Origin: Candidatus Hydrogenedentota bacterium
Lineage (GTDB): Bacteria > Hydrogenedentota > Hydrogenedentia > Hydrogenedentales > SLHB01
Assembly (NCBI GenBank): GCA_034408725.1
Contig: JAWXCN010000235.1
Span: 1 to 35,739 of the forward strand
Length of the DNA stretch: 35,739 nt
Direction: 5' to 3'
How positions within the stretch are numbered: position 1 is the stretch's first letter; each line of letters begins with the position of its first letter. Positions 18,304 through 27,259 of the stretch are shown piece after piece. Made by a program: the position numbers and the translations under genes. The notes beneath the pieces are model-generated. The model searched no databases. It was not told the origin of the DNA and worked only from the letters and a program-made list of their open reading frames with translations.

Positions 18304-18667
18304 AAAGTACTCGCCCGTCTCGCATGCATTCGTGAATAATGTGGCCCGGAAAATCTTGAAGCTTTTCCAGGTCATCCAGACTATAGATAAGCACGTCTCT
18401 TGGAACAAAGAACCGCTTTAGTGCTCTTCGAATTTTAGCCAACTGCTCCAAACGCGATCCTTGTTTACCAAACGGTTCACGCTGCAAAACCAGAAGATCA
18501 ACGTCCGAATTCTTACCCGCGTTTCCGCCCGCGCGTGATCCGAAAAGGATGACTTTTTCGGGCTGCACCGCGTCAACGATTGCAGTCACCATTTCGCCCA
18601 GAACTTCATTGGTCACTACAATATAAGGAGGTGGCGCTTTGATCGCAGTGGATTTATTCGTTATCAC
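18266..18667 (-). CDS. Minimal nucleotidyltransferase (MNT) antitoxin-like protein
   Basis: KVILFGSRAGG...SDVDLLV (GS-x10-DxD) plus a third Asp in RDVLIY. Confidence 0.9.
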   Translation of the reverse strand: MITNKSTAIKAPPPYIVVTNEVLGEMVTAIVDAVQPEKVILFGSRAGGNAGKNSDVDLLVLQREPFGKQGSRLEQLAKIRRALKRFFVPRDVLIYSLDDLEKLQDFPGHIIHECMRDGRVLYERAESSPFATQ

Positions 18668-18812
18668 TTCGCTCTACCTCGCAGCTATTCTTCCACGGCG
18701 GCGCGGGCATTTTAGCAGAAACCAGCGACCGTTTTACCGTTGAATAAGCAATACTGTCCTCAAGCCCTGCTTTAATCTGCTCAAAAACACTCGCTTCATT
18801 GTATTTTTTCAT
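18654..18812 (-). pseudogene. 52-aa ORF resembling the N-terminus of an XRE/HigA-type antitoxin lacking its HTH
   Basis: Hand translation gives MKKYNEASVFEQIKAGLEDSIAYSTVKRSLVSAKMPAPPWKNSCEVERSDNE*. It is preceded by an extended -10 TGcTATACT and is below the ORF-track cutoff. Confidence 0.6.
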
Positions 18813-18852
18813 CCTTCTCGCAGTATAGCAGATCGATCCTGCAACCGGAATT

Positions 18853-20196
18853 TCAAATCAACTCAAAATAGCGCCGTCGCTCCCAGTCGGTGACGTATTT
18901 ATTGTATTCGTTTTGTTCCCAGCGGGCGACTTGCGCGTAGTGATCGACGACATTTTCGCCGAAGAGTTCTTTTGCGATTTTGCTTTTGGCGAATGCGTTG
19001 GTCGCATCGGTGAGCGTGCGGTGCAAGCTGGGTGGGTTCTTGAGCTCGTATGCGTTCGCCGCGACGAATGGACCGACGGGATCAATCTTGTTCTCCATCC
19101 CATAGAGTCCTGACGCGATCATCGCGGCGTAGATCAGGTGCGCGTTAGCGTCCGCGCCGGGGATGCGGTTTTCGAGGCGCATTGATTTGCCTTCACCCGC
19201 GACGCGAAACGACGAGGTGCGGTTGTCGCCTCCCCAGGTGACGTTGCTCGGCGCGAACGACAGGTCTTCGATCCGTTTATACGAATTGACGTTGGGCATG
19301 TAGAAGAGTTGCAGGTCTTTCGCGAGCGTCATCATCCCGCCGAGGAAGTGACGCATGGTCGCGGACATGTTATGTTCGCCTTTTGCGTCGGGAAATGCAT
19401 TCTTGCCCGCTCTCCACAGACTCATGTGTACGTGCGCGCCATTGCCGCTGTGTTTTGAGTCCCACTTCGCCATGAACGTCGCCTGCACGCCGTTCATGGC
19501 TGCAATCTCGCGAATCGCTGTTTTGAATACCACGTGCTTGTCCGCAATCGGCAAAACATCGCCATATACGAGATTGATTTCAAATTGGCCGTGACCCCAT
19601 TCCGCCTTATTGCCCTCTACTTCAATCCCGGCTTCGGCGAGGTTCCGCCGGATCGGACCAATGATCCACTCGTCCATCGACGACCGGAAAATCGAGTAGT
19701 CCGAAATGTAACGCGACATAGGCTCAAGGTCCCGATAATCTTTTGCGCGGGAGCTCTCGAGCGTTTCGCGGAACATGAAGAATTCGAGTTCCGGCGCAGC
19801 CTTCACGTCGAAACCGAGCTTCTTCGCCTTGTCGATTTGCTTGCGCAACAGCGTGCGCGGCGCAACATCGACAAGATGCCCGTGGTGATCATAGGTGTCG
19901 CACACGACCATTGCCGTCTTCTCATGCCAGGGTATGCGCCGCAACGTGTCCCAATCCGGCACAAGCGTCATGTCGCCGTAGCCCGTGTGCCAGCCGGTGA
20001 ATTTCAGATCGGAAATGAGGATACGCTCGATGTCCCAGCCGAAGTTGCAGTCGCAGGTGTGAACTCCGCCGGAAAGATCGCGCAGGAACGGAATCGCCGC
20101 GCAGCGTTTGCCGTAGAGCCGGCCTTGCATGTCGATACCCGCAACGACGACAGTGTCAACCGCGCCTTCCTTCACCCACTTCTCAAGCTGCTTCAC
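18853..20196 (-). CDS. Glutamine synthetase family protein (gamma-glutamyl-polyamine/amine ligase-like)
   Basis: DMQGRLYGKR, GYGD, PELEFF, EWGHGQFEIN, ATFMAK, SGNGAHVHMSL, NSYKR, RLENRIPGADAN and VTDWERRRYFE. This pattern fits the GS-like PuuA/PauA branch better than housekeeping GSI. Confidence 0.9.
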   Translation of the reverse strand: MKQLEKWVKEGAVDTVVVAGIDMQGRLYGKRCAAIPFLRDLSGGVHTCDCNFGWDIERILISDLKFTGWHTGYGDMTLVPDWDTLRRIPWHEKTAMVVCDTYDHHGHLVDVAPRTLLRKQIDKAKKLGFDVKAAPELEFFMFRETLESSRAKDYRDLEPMSRYISDYSIFRSSMDEWIIGPIRRNLAEAGIEVEGNKAEWGHGQFEINLVYGDVLPIADKHVVFKTAIREIAAMNGVQATFMAKWDSKHSGNGAHVHMSLWRAGKNAFPDAKGEHNMSATMRHFLGGMMTLAKDLQLFYMPNVNSYKRIEDLSFAPSNVTWGGDNRTSSFRVAGEGKSMRLENRIPGADANAHLIYAAMIASGLYGMENKIDPVGPFVAANAYELKNPPSLHRTLTDATNAFAKSKIAKELFGENVVDHYAQVARWEQNEYNKYVTDWERRRYFELI

Positions 20197-20260
20197 GCGT
20201 CGCTCCTCCCCTGAATGTGAAAGAGCGCGAGTATGTCACAGCCCACAGGAACCGCGCAAA

Positions 20261-20550
20261 GGTATCGGGTACCGGGTATCGGGTTTCGGGTTTCGGGTAT
20301 CGGGTATCGGGTATCGGGTATCGGGTATTACGTGCTCATAATCGTAATCCGTCCTTCGCGGCACAGCCGCTTCGGAAGGCGTAAGAGGATTGTAATCGTA
20401 ATCGTCACTGATCTACTCGTTCTCGTTCCCGTGCTCGTGCTCGTGCTCGTAATCGTAATCGTAATCGTACTCGTAAACCTGAATACACACGAAACGCTTG
20501 CCCGTCCGCGACACCCGACACCCGACACCCGATACCCGGTACCCGATACC
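20261..20550. repeat. 290-bp element: (GGTATCG)x10 - hexamer arrays - (CGAYACC)x6 inverted
   Basis: 10 heptamers at 20261-20330 and 6 inverted heptamers at 20509-20550, with internal AATCGT/CTCGTN hexamer runs. Confidence 0.93.
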
Positions 20551-20554
20551 AACA

Positions 20555-21202
20555 TCACTCCAACAAATACCGCATCGGAAGCGCCGCCGTAGCGCCAATC
20601 ACAGCGGCAATTCCAGAAAGCACCACCGCGGAGATCAAATAATGTTTTACCGCGACGTTTAACGAAAGCTTGTACAAGCGCCTATACACATAAAGCTGAC
20701 ACCCAAGCGCAACGAACCCAAGTGCAACATACATCGGCGTCAGCGCGGTCCACGGTGCTTGTTCTTCGCGGCGCAGGGCAACGAGCAGCATGCGACTCAT
20801 TTCAAAGTCTTTTTCCTGAACATGGCCCGCGACCCACGTCATCCACGGCGCGGGAATCGCTAGTGGGATTGCCGCGCATGCCAGCGCAAAAAGCGCCACG
20901 CTGAATTTAGGCGTCTCCAGTTTCATGTAGCGAGCGGTAATTTGTAACGCCCATGCCCAAAGCAAACCCGCGGCGGGATAGACGATCATCCAATGAACGG
21001 CCTGGATTTCCGTGCGCACGTTGATGACGGAGAAATAATAGAGCACCAGCGCGGCGCAAGGCTCGATGGTCGGCATCGGCACGCCGGTTCGGCCGTAGTA
21101 CGTGAAAGTGTAGTACCAGCCGAGGCTCAACCCGACCCCAAGCCAAATTAGAATGGCCAACGCAATCCGTGTGGCGGCACACGACCATGTCGAAGGCGTC
21201 AC
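20555..21202 (-). CDS. Hypothetical multi-pass membrane protein
   Basis: About 6 hydrophobic segments; 4-nt GTGA overlap with the upstream gene. Confidence 0.75.
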   Translation of the reverse strand: MTPSTWSCAATRIALAILIWLGVGLSLGWYYTFTYYGRTGVPMPTIEPCAALVLYYFSVINVRTEIQAVHWMIVYPAAGLLWAWALQITARYMKLETPKFSVALFALACAAIPLAIPAPWMTWVAGHVQEKDFEMSRMLLVALRREEQAPWTALTPMYVALGFVALGCQLYVYRRLYKLSLNVAVKHYLISAVVLSGIAAVIGATAALPMRYLLE

Positions 21203-23088
21203 GGCGACTGGACGTCCGCTTCGGGTTCCGCGGCATCAGCCGGTTGTGATTCGGAAGGTTCTGCGTCCTGCTGCACTGGTTCATCCGGCGCATCAGGATT
21301 TTCGCCGGGTGCGGCGGGTTCGGCGCGGTACGCGGTAATCTTGCGTTCGTTCTTGAGCGTGATTAGAAACGTTGTTCCATCCTCCGCGGATAAAATACAA
21401 AACTGGTCAACGTTGCGATTGGAAGGTAGCGATGCTTTCTGGAGTCCGTCCGGCGTGACGGCGATCAGGTTTTCAGCCGCGTCGTGGAATACCCATTCGC
21501 GTTCGCCATCGCCATCAATGTCTCCCGATGCGAAGGTGCTTGAACGCGTGGCGTAGCCATCCTCCGCCGTAAGCGTAGACCATGCCACGAGGCCCGTCTC
21601 GTCGAACGCAACAACCCGGCTTCCGCCGGTGGTCATACTTTCGCCAAGACCGATGGCTTGCACCCTTCCATCAGCATCCACGACTTCCGCGGCAATGGCC
21701 GTGGTGTACTGCTTGCCAGGCCGCATTGAGCGCACTTTGTTGCCATCCCGATCAAAGACATATACGGAGCCGCCTGCTTCCGATGCGAAGATGCTTGCGG
21801 GGCGAGGCCCGGACGCGTCAATCACGGCCTGGCTCCAGACGTTTCCAACCCGCCGTATTTTCCAGAGCGAATCGCCGTCTTGATCGACTGCGTGGATGCC
21901 GCTAAAGCCGTTCATGCCCGCGATCATTTCGTGGCTGCCGTCTCCGTCGAGGTCGATCCAATGTGCGCCGTTGACTCCCATCGAGCCGGGATAGGTCCAC
22001 GCCAGTTCGCCCCGCGCATCGGCAACGGCAATGGTGCTACCCCACTGTGCCGAGCCGAGCAGTCGCGCGCCGTCTTCGCTATGGGTTCCCAGTTGTATCT
22101 GCGAGACATCTTCGAATTCGCCCGGCAATGGCATGGTGGTCACTACCTCGCCGGCGGTATCGACAATGTGAAGCACGGGATCGCGGTCGATGACAAGCAA
22201 ATCCATTTGACCGTCATTGTTCCAGTCGCCAATGCAGAGCGCCTGCGCGCCTTCAATGGTGACGGACCACGCTTCTGTAAATTGATACTGCTGGTCCGCG
22301 ATCTCGAGTTCAGACTTCGGCGCGCGCGGAGTATCGGATACCTCGCCCGTATAGTCGGCGGCGGTAGCAAGCTCGCGCAATGCTTCCACTTCCTGATGAT
22401 CGATCGTGAAAGCGTCCATCACGCCGTTGCGATCAATATAGAAGGTTGTTGGGTACCACTCCGTGTCCATGAACGGTTGCGGCATATCGATCACACACGC
22501 CACCGGGTATGTGCAACCAACGTCTTTGGCGAAATCGTTGACTTCATCTTCGGGCGCCGCCGTGACGCCGAGAATAACCAGTTCAGACTCGTCGACCGTT
22601 GCCCGCAACGCGTTCAAGTTTTTAATCTGCGTTTCGCAGTCCGGGTCCCAAGGTTGGAACACGTCGACGATCACGCGCTTGCCCTTGAGTTCAGAAAGCC
22701 GGATTGTTTGACCGTCCGTCGTTTCCACGGTCATTTCCGGCGCGCGAACGCCCACCCATTCCGAGTAATCGCCCATCGCCAGGTCTTCAAACGAGGCCAT
22801 CTGCTCTTGAATCATGGGGACGAACTGGTACCACATCATCATGGATATACCCGTAAACACAATGCCGCCTACCGAGAGCGCGGTGCCCACGGCGGCAAGC
22901 GGCCGGCCTTCAGTACGGCTCGTGAGGTGAATAATGCCCGTAATAAGACCAATCACGCCGAGAATTCCGCCGATCAAACATGGCGCTGTCGGAATCGACG
23001 CAATGCCCGTCACCAGGCTGCTGATGGCGAGGCCATTGTCCGGCGGCGCGGTTCGGCGGGACGGCATAGGCGGCGGAAGATTGGCCAT
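21199..23088 (-). CDS. Membrane protein: DUF4190-like hairpin + TlpA/redoxin-like domain + FG-GAP beta-propeller
   Basis: NGLAISSLVTGI...GLITGII; APEMTVETTDGQTIRLSELKGK...YPTTFYIDRNG; GDWNNDGQMD, DLDGDGSHE and GDIDGDGERE repeats. Confidence 0.85.
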   Translation of the reverse strand: MANLPPPMPSRRTAPPDNGLAISSLVTGIASIPTAPCLIGGILGVIGLITGIIHLTSRTEGRPLAAVGTALSVGGIVFTGISMMMWYQFVPMIQEQMASFEDLAMGDYSEWVGVRAPEMTVETTDGQTIRLSELKGKRVIVDVFQPWDPDCETQIKNLNALRATVDESELVILGVTAAPEDEVNDFAKDVGCTYPVACVIDMPQPFMDTEWYPTTFYIDRNGVMDAFTIDHQEVEALRELATAADYTGEVSDTPRAPKSELEIADQQYQFTEAWSVTIEGAQALCIGDWNNDGQMDLLVIDRDPVLHIVDTAGEVVTTMPLPGEFEDVSQIQLGTHSEDGARLLGSAQWGSTIAVADARGELAWTYPGSMGVNGAHWIDLDGDGSHEMIAGMNGFSGIHAVDQDGDSLWKIRRVGNVWSQAVIDASGPRPASIFASEAGGSVYVFDRDGNKVRSMRPGKQYTTAIAAEVVDADGRVQAIGLGESMTTGGSRVVAFDETGLVAWSTLTAEDGYATRSSTFASGDIDGDGEREWVFHDAAENLIAVTPDGLQKASLPSNRNVDQFCILSAEDGTTFLITLKNERKITAYRAEPAAPGENPDAPDEPVQQDAEPSESQPADAAEPEADVQSP

Positions 23089-23232
23089 GGGTGGTCTCCA
23101 TGATGGTTGGGCGTGGACATAGTACGTTGGCCTTCGGCGCGGGAGCAAGGAAAGGCCCCATAGTTTTCAGGAGTTTCAATTTCAATATATGAAGGTCTGC
23201 AAGCCTGAGCTATTGTGTTCGGCGTTTGGATT

Positions 23233-23272
23233 TGTCCATGATCGTCCGTGTCTGTCCATGATCGTCCCTGTC
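23233..23272. repeat. 4 x 10-nt tandem repeat (GTCC core)
   Basis: TGTCCATGAT CGTCCGTGTC TGTCCATGAT CGTCCCTGTC, immediately after the permease stop. Confidence 0.8.
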
Positions 23273-23274
23273 GA

Positions 23275-24267
23275 TCAACCAAAAGCCTTCATCCGATCCA
23301 TGAGCACAGCGACCAGGATTACCACGCCCAACACAACCTGTTGTCCAAAGCTTTCCATGCCGATCCATGTCAGGCCGGTCGCAAGCACGGCGATGATCAA
23401 TAATCCCAAAAACGTACCGGCGATCGTGCCGCGTCCTCCGGTCAGGCTGGTGCCCCCTACGACAACTGCGGCGATCACCTGCAGTTCGTCCCCAACCCCG
23501 ACGGTGGGATCGCCGCTTTTGAGTTTGGAAGACAGGATAAGTCCGGCAAGTACCGCGAGCATGCCGGACATGCAATATACCAGCCACTTGACCCTATTGA
23601 CTGGTACGCCGCTCAGCCGCGCGGATTCTTCCGACCCGCCGATAGCGCGCACGTGCCGGCCAAAGCGCGTTGAATTCAGGAGCACGCCGCCAAGCACAAA
23701 CACCACAAGGAGAATCACAACGCCAACAGGCACACCAGCGATCAGGTATCGCGCCAGAAACGAGTAGTGATCCGGCAGATCGAACACGGGTTGGCCTTGC
23801 ACGATCAGGAAGCCCATGCCGCGTACCGTGCTCATGATCGCGAGCGTCGCAATAAACGGCGGAATCTGGAACCGCGTGATGAACAGCGCCGAAATGCCTC
23901 CTGTTACGAAACCTGCCGTCAGCGCCGCGCACCAGCCGATGAACATTGCATCCCATCCAGCGCCCAGCGCGCGCGTGACCAGCGCGCAGACAACACCCCC
24001 AAAGGCAATCAGCGATCCCACGGACAGATCGATGCCGCCGCTGAGAATTACAAAAGTCATCCCTACGGAGACCACGCCGTAAATGGCGGATTGGTTGAGC
24101 ACGTGAATGAGGGTTTCGATAGACAGGAACGGTCTGACGCCCTGGCGGCGCGCGATAAACTCGAATACAGCGCATTCGAGGATCAGGGCGATGAGCAGGA
24201 AACCGTAAGCGCCGAAGCGTTCGCGCGTGGACCTACGCGACAGCTTCAACGCGGTCGCCCGTGGCAA
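23275..24267 (-). CDS. Monosaccharide (ribose-type) ABC transporter permease
   Basis: GMTFVILSGGIDLSVGS, IPPFIATL, GGSEESARLSGV and ELQVIAAVVVGGTSL; start uncertain (TTG at 24267 or 24249). Confidence 0.95.
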   Translation of the reverse strand: MPRATALKLSRRSTRERFGAYGFLLIALILECAVFEFIARRQGVRPFLSIETLIHVLNQSAIYGVVSVGMTFVILSGGIDLSVGSLIAFGGVVCALVTRALGAGWDAMFIGWCAALTAGFVTGGISALFITRFQIPPFIATLAIMSTVRGMGFLIVQGQPVFDLPDHYSFLARYLIAGVPVGVVILLVVFVLGGVLLNSTRFGRHVRAIGGSEESARLSGVPVNRVKWLVYCMSGMLAVLAGLILSSKLKSGDPTVGVGDELQVIAAVVVGGTSLTGGRGTIAGTFLGLLIIAVLATGLTWIGMESFGQQVVLGVVILVAVLMDRMKAFG

Positions 24268-25741
24268 GCTGCATTACGCGCTCCTGCGTCGCGTCTGCTT
24301 GCGCGAGCTCCCCGGCGATACGGCCTTCGTGCATGACAAGAATGCGATCGCACATGCCGAGCACTTCGGGCAGCTCGCTCGATATCATGAGAATGCAGAC
24401 GCCTTTGCGCACGAGTTCGTTCATGAGTTTGTAAATCTCGACTTTTGCGCCCACGTCGATGCCGCGCGTAGGTTCATCGAAGATGAGTATTTTCGAATTG
24501 GTGAATAACCACTTTGCCAGCACGACCTTTTGCTGGTTGCCACCGCTGAGGTTTTGTGTCGTCTGTTCCACCGTCGGCGTCTTGATGCGCAGGTCGCGCA
24601 CATAGTCTCCGGTCACCTTGCGTTCCCGCGAACGGCTAATAAACAGTCCGCGCACAAGTGACTTCAAATTCGCGAGGGTCGTGTTTTCGCGCACGCTCAT
24701 GCCCAGTATCAGGCCCTGGTTTTTGCGGTCTTCCGTGAGCAGGCCGATGCCCTGCCGGATCGCATCCTGCGGTGATTTGACGGTGATCGACGCGCCATCC
24801 AGAACTATTGCGCCCGCGTCAATCGGATCGGCCCCGAAGACCGCGCGCGCCACTTCGGTGCGCCCCGCGCCGACCAGCCCGGTGATGCCGACGATTTCGC
24901 CTTCGTGCAGACTGAAACTGACATTCTCGAATGCGCCGTTCCGCGTAAGGCCCGAAACCCGCAGCCGCTCCTTGCCACGATCAAAAATCACTTTCGGAAA
25001 TTCTTCGGTGAGCTCGCGCCCGACCATCATGTGAATAATATCGTCCCGCGTAACATCGGTGACCGGCTTAGTCGCGATGTAGTCGCCGTCGCGCATGACC
25101 GTAACGCGATCGCCAATCGCGAAAATTTCCTCGAGCCGGTGGGAGATGTAGATCATTCCGATGCCCTGCCGCTTCAGATCGCGGATCAGATCGAACAGCG
25201 CAGATAGCTCGTGATCGGTAAGCGTCGCCGACGGCTCGTCCATCACGATAATTTTCGAGTTGAATGAGATGGCTTTTGCGATTTCCACCATTTGCTGTTG
25301 CGCGACGCTACACTCGTTGACGGGCCGCCGGACGTTTAGGTTCACGCGAATTCGCCCGAGAACGTCGCGAGCGTCTGCGTACATTTTTTTCCAATTGATA
25401 AACGGTGTGGCGCCGATGCGCGGTTCCCGGCCCAGGAAAATGTTTTCCGCGATGCTGAGGTAGGGGCTGAGGTTGAACTCCTGGTAGATCATGCTGACGC
25501 CAAGCTGCTGCGCATGGTGCGGCGAATGAATCTGGACGGGCTCGCCGGCGATCAGAATCTCGCCTTCATCCGCGGGCTGCGCGCCGGAAAGAATCTTCAT
25601 CAGCGTGGATTTACCTGCGCCATTCTCTCCAATCAGACAATGCACTTCGCCGGGTCGCAATGTGAGCTGGCCGTTTTTCACCGCAACAACGCCGGGAAAC
25701 CGCTTCACGATGTTGCGCATTTCGAGGATGAATTCGCTCAT
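24233..25741 (-). CDS. Monosaccharide ABC transporter ATP-binding protein (RbsA-like, two NBDs)
   Basis: GENGAGKST, MDEPSA, LSGGNQQK and DEPTRGIDVGAK motifs. Confidence 0.97.
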   Translation of the reverse strand: MSEFILEMRNIVKRFPGVVAVKNGQLTLRPGEVHCLIGENGAGKSTLMKILSGAQPADEGEILIAGEPVQIHSPHHAQQLGVSMIYQEFNLSPYLSIAENIFLGREPRIGATPFINWKKMYADARDVLGRIRVNLNVRRPVNECSVAQQQMVEIAKAISFNSKIIVMDEPSATLTDHELSALFDLIRDLKRQGIGMIYISHRLEEIFAIGDRVTVMRDGDYIATKPVTDVTRDDIIHMMVGRELTEEFPKVIFDRGKERLRVSGLTRNGAFENVSFSLHEGEIVGITGLVGAGRTEVARAVFGADPIDAGAIVLDGASITVKSPQDAIRQGIGLLTEDRKNQGLILGMSVRENTTLANLKSLVRGLFISRSRERKVTGDYVRDLRIKTPTVEQTTQNLSGGNQQKVVLAKWLFTNSKILIFDEPTRGIDVGAKVEIYKLMNELVRKGVCILMISSELPEVLGMCDRILVMHEGRIAGELAQADATQERVMQLATGDRVEAVA

Positions 25742-26673
25742 GCCGGTTGCTCCGCGTCCAACGCCGCTTTGTCGATTATCCCTACGCGCACCGGCACAAC
25801 TTTAGGCACGGGCTTGCCGGCAAAATAATCGGCGATGGTTTGAATCGTAATGCGCCCTATTTCTCCGGGATATTGCACCGTGTCCGCCTTCAATGCTTTT
25901 CCAGCGCGAATCTCATCCCGCGCCTGCGGCGTGCCGTCGTAGCCGACAATTATAATCGAGTCTTGGCGTCCCGCCGATTCTACCGCGGCGAGCGCGCCGA
26001 GCGCGGAATCATCGTTAATTCCGAATATGGCATCGAGATCGGGATGCGCCTGAAGCACGTCCTGCGCCGCGCGCATCGCCTTGTCGCGCACGCCGCCGCC
26101 AGGCGCTTTCTGGACGATGCTGATTTCGGGGGACGCTTTCAGGGCGCCTTCAAATCCCGACACACGGTCTTGCACGGACGCCACTTCGGCGTTGTCGATG
26201 ATCGCGACTTTGCCCTGCCCTTCGAGTAATTTTGCAAGGTACTCGCCGATAAGTTTTCCGCCGAGCACGTTGTCCGATGCGATGTGTGACACGACTTCGG
26301 CGTTGTGCGCGGCAATGTCGGTGGTAAATACCGGTACGCCTTTGGCCGCAGCGGCATTGATGGTCGATGCGATGCCCGCGGAATCGCGAGGGGAAACGAT
26401 CAGCGCGTCAACGCCTTGTTGCACGAACGTCTCGATTTGGCTGACTTGCTTGGGGCCATTGAATTCTGCGTACTGGATGCGCAACGCGAATCCTTGTGCA
26501 GCGGCTTCCTTTTCCATCGCAGCGGCCAGATCACGGTAGAACTGATGACCCTGGGTTAGCAGGGATGCGCCGATGATTTTTTGTTTCTTGGGCTGAGCCG
26601 CCGCGTTAGGGGATTCTGACGGACTACACCCCAATAGCAAGAGCATACTGAAAGCAAGAGAGATTGATTTCAT
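25738..26673 (-). CDS. Sugar ABC transporter substrate-binding lipoprotein (RbsB-like)
   Basis: Lipobox LLLG-C; IASDNVLGG, INDDSALGA, VGYDG and TVQYP motifs. Confidence 0.93.
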   Translation of the reverse strand: MKSISLAFSMLLLLGCSPSESPNAAAQPKKQKIIGASLLTQGHQFYRDLAAAMEKEAAAQGFALRIQYAEFNGPKQVSQIETFVQQGVDALIVSPRDSAGIASTINAAAAKGVPVFTTDIAAHNAEVVSHIASDNVLGGKLIGEYLAKLLEGQGKVAIIDNAEVASVQDRVSGFEGALKASPEISIVQKAPGGGVRDKAMRAAQDVLQAHPDLDAIFGINDDSALGALAAVESAGRQDSIIIVGYDGTPQARDEIRAGKALKADTVQYPGEIGRITIQTIADYFAGKPVPKVVPVRVGIIDKAALDAEQPA

Positions 26674-26845
26674 CCGGCAGACTCCACCACCCAATGCTAA
26701 CTGTACTTTGGAGAACGGGACGGAGGCAAACAGAAGGCCGAATGGCCGTTTGCCGACGCCGTCCAACGGGAATGCTGTGCGGATAGGCCAGACTTGTATT
26801 TTACGTAATAAATTCAATAAATACGCTTATTCGAGAATCTTTTGC

Positions 26846-26876
26846 TTGTAACAGATGACAACTAGTGTGGTAATAT
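26846..26876 (+). promoter_or_regulatory. Extended -10 promoter of small peptide gene
   Basis: TG-G-TAATAT (26868-26876), preceded by TTGTAA and an AT-rich UP-like tract. Confidence 0.6.
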
Positions 26877-26967
26877 GTGCAGACTAACGGCTCAGTCAAC
26901 AATTGACTGCCACCCGTCCGGCATGGTGCCGGCAGGGGAATGTGTTCGGAAAAGGAGTTTCTTCGTC

Positions 26968-27102
26968 ATGGGTTTTGAATCAATCTTCAATGTGTTGGTG
27001 GATATCTTCACGCCGTTCCTCGACATCCCGATTGTCGGCGATATCCTCAGCGGCATCCTCGGCTTCCTGGATGACTTCTTGCCGGAAGAAGAGACCGCAT
27101 AA
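26968..27102 (+). CDS. 44-aa acidic amphipathic small protein
   Basis: AAAGGAG RBS; MGFESIFNVLVDIFTPFLDIPIVGDILSGILGFLDDFLPEEETA; C-ending codon bias; has its own promoter and terminator. Confidence 0.8.
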   Translation: MGFESIFNVLVDIFTPFLDIPIVGDILSGILGFLDDFLPEEETA

Positions 27103-27136
27103 CTATTCCCCGCGAGGGGAATGCGTTGTTAATAGT

Positions 27137-27180
27137 GCGGGGTAGCCGGACCCGAAGCCGGTTGCCCCGTTACTTTTTTT
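27137..27180 (+). terminator. Intrinsic terminator after small peptide gene
   Basis: GCGGGGTAGCCGG-loop-CCGGTTGCCCCGT followed by a T run. Confidence 0.88.
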
Positions 27181-27259
27181 CTGCCCGCTTGCGGCGTCGA
27201 GAGAAGTAAACGTATCCTGATAATTGCTGAATACCCATTACTCTCTGGAGGATCGCGCC

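Noticed and set aside
20261-20550. CRISPR array interpretation of the repeats (also 30461-30545)
   Set aside because: Units are 6-10 nt and contiguous with no unique spacers, and no cas genes are present.
20233-20598. ORFs with GIGYRVS, VLVIV or YDYEHE repeats
   Set aside because: These are translation artefacts of the heptamer and hexamer arrays, open in several frames with no RBS.
21880-23103. 407-aa plus-strand ORF
   Set aside because: It lies antisense to a motif-supported gene; long shadow ORFs are expected at this GC level.
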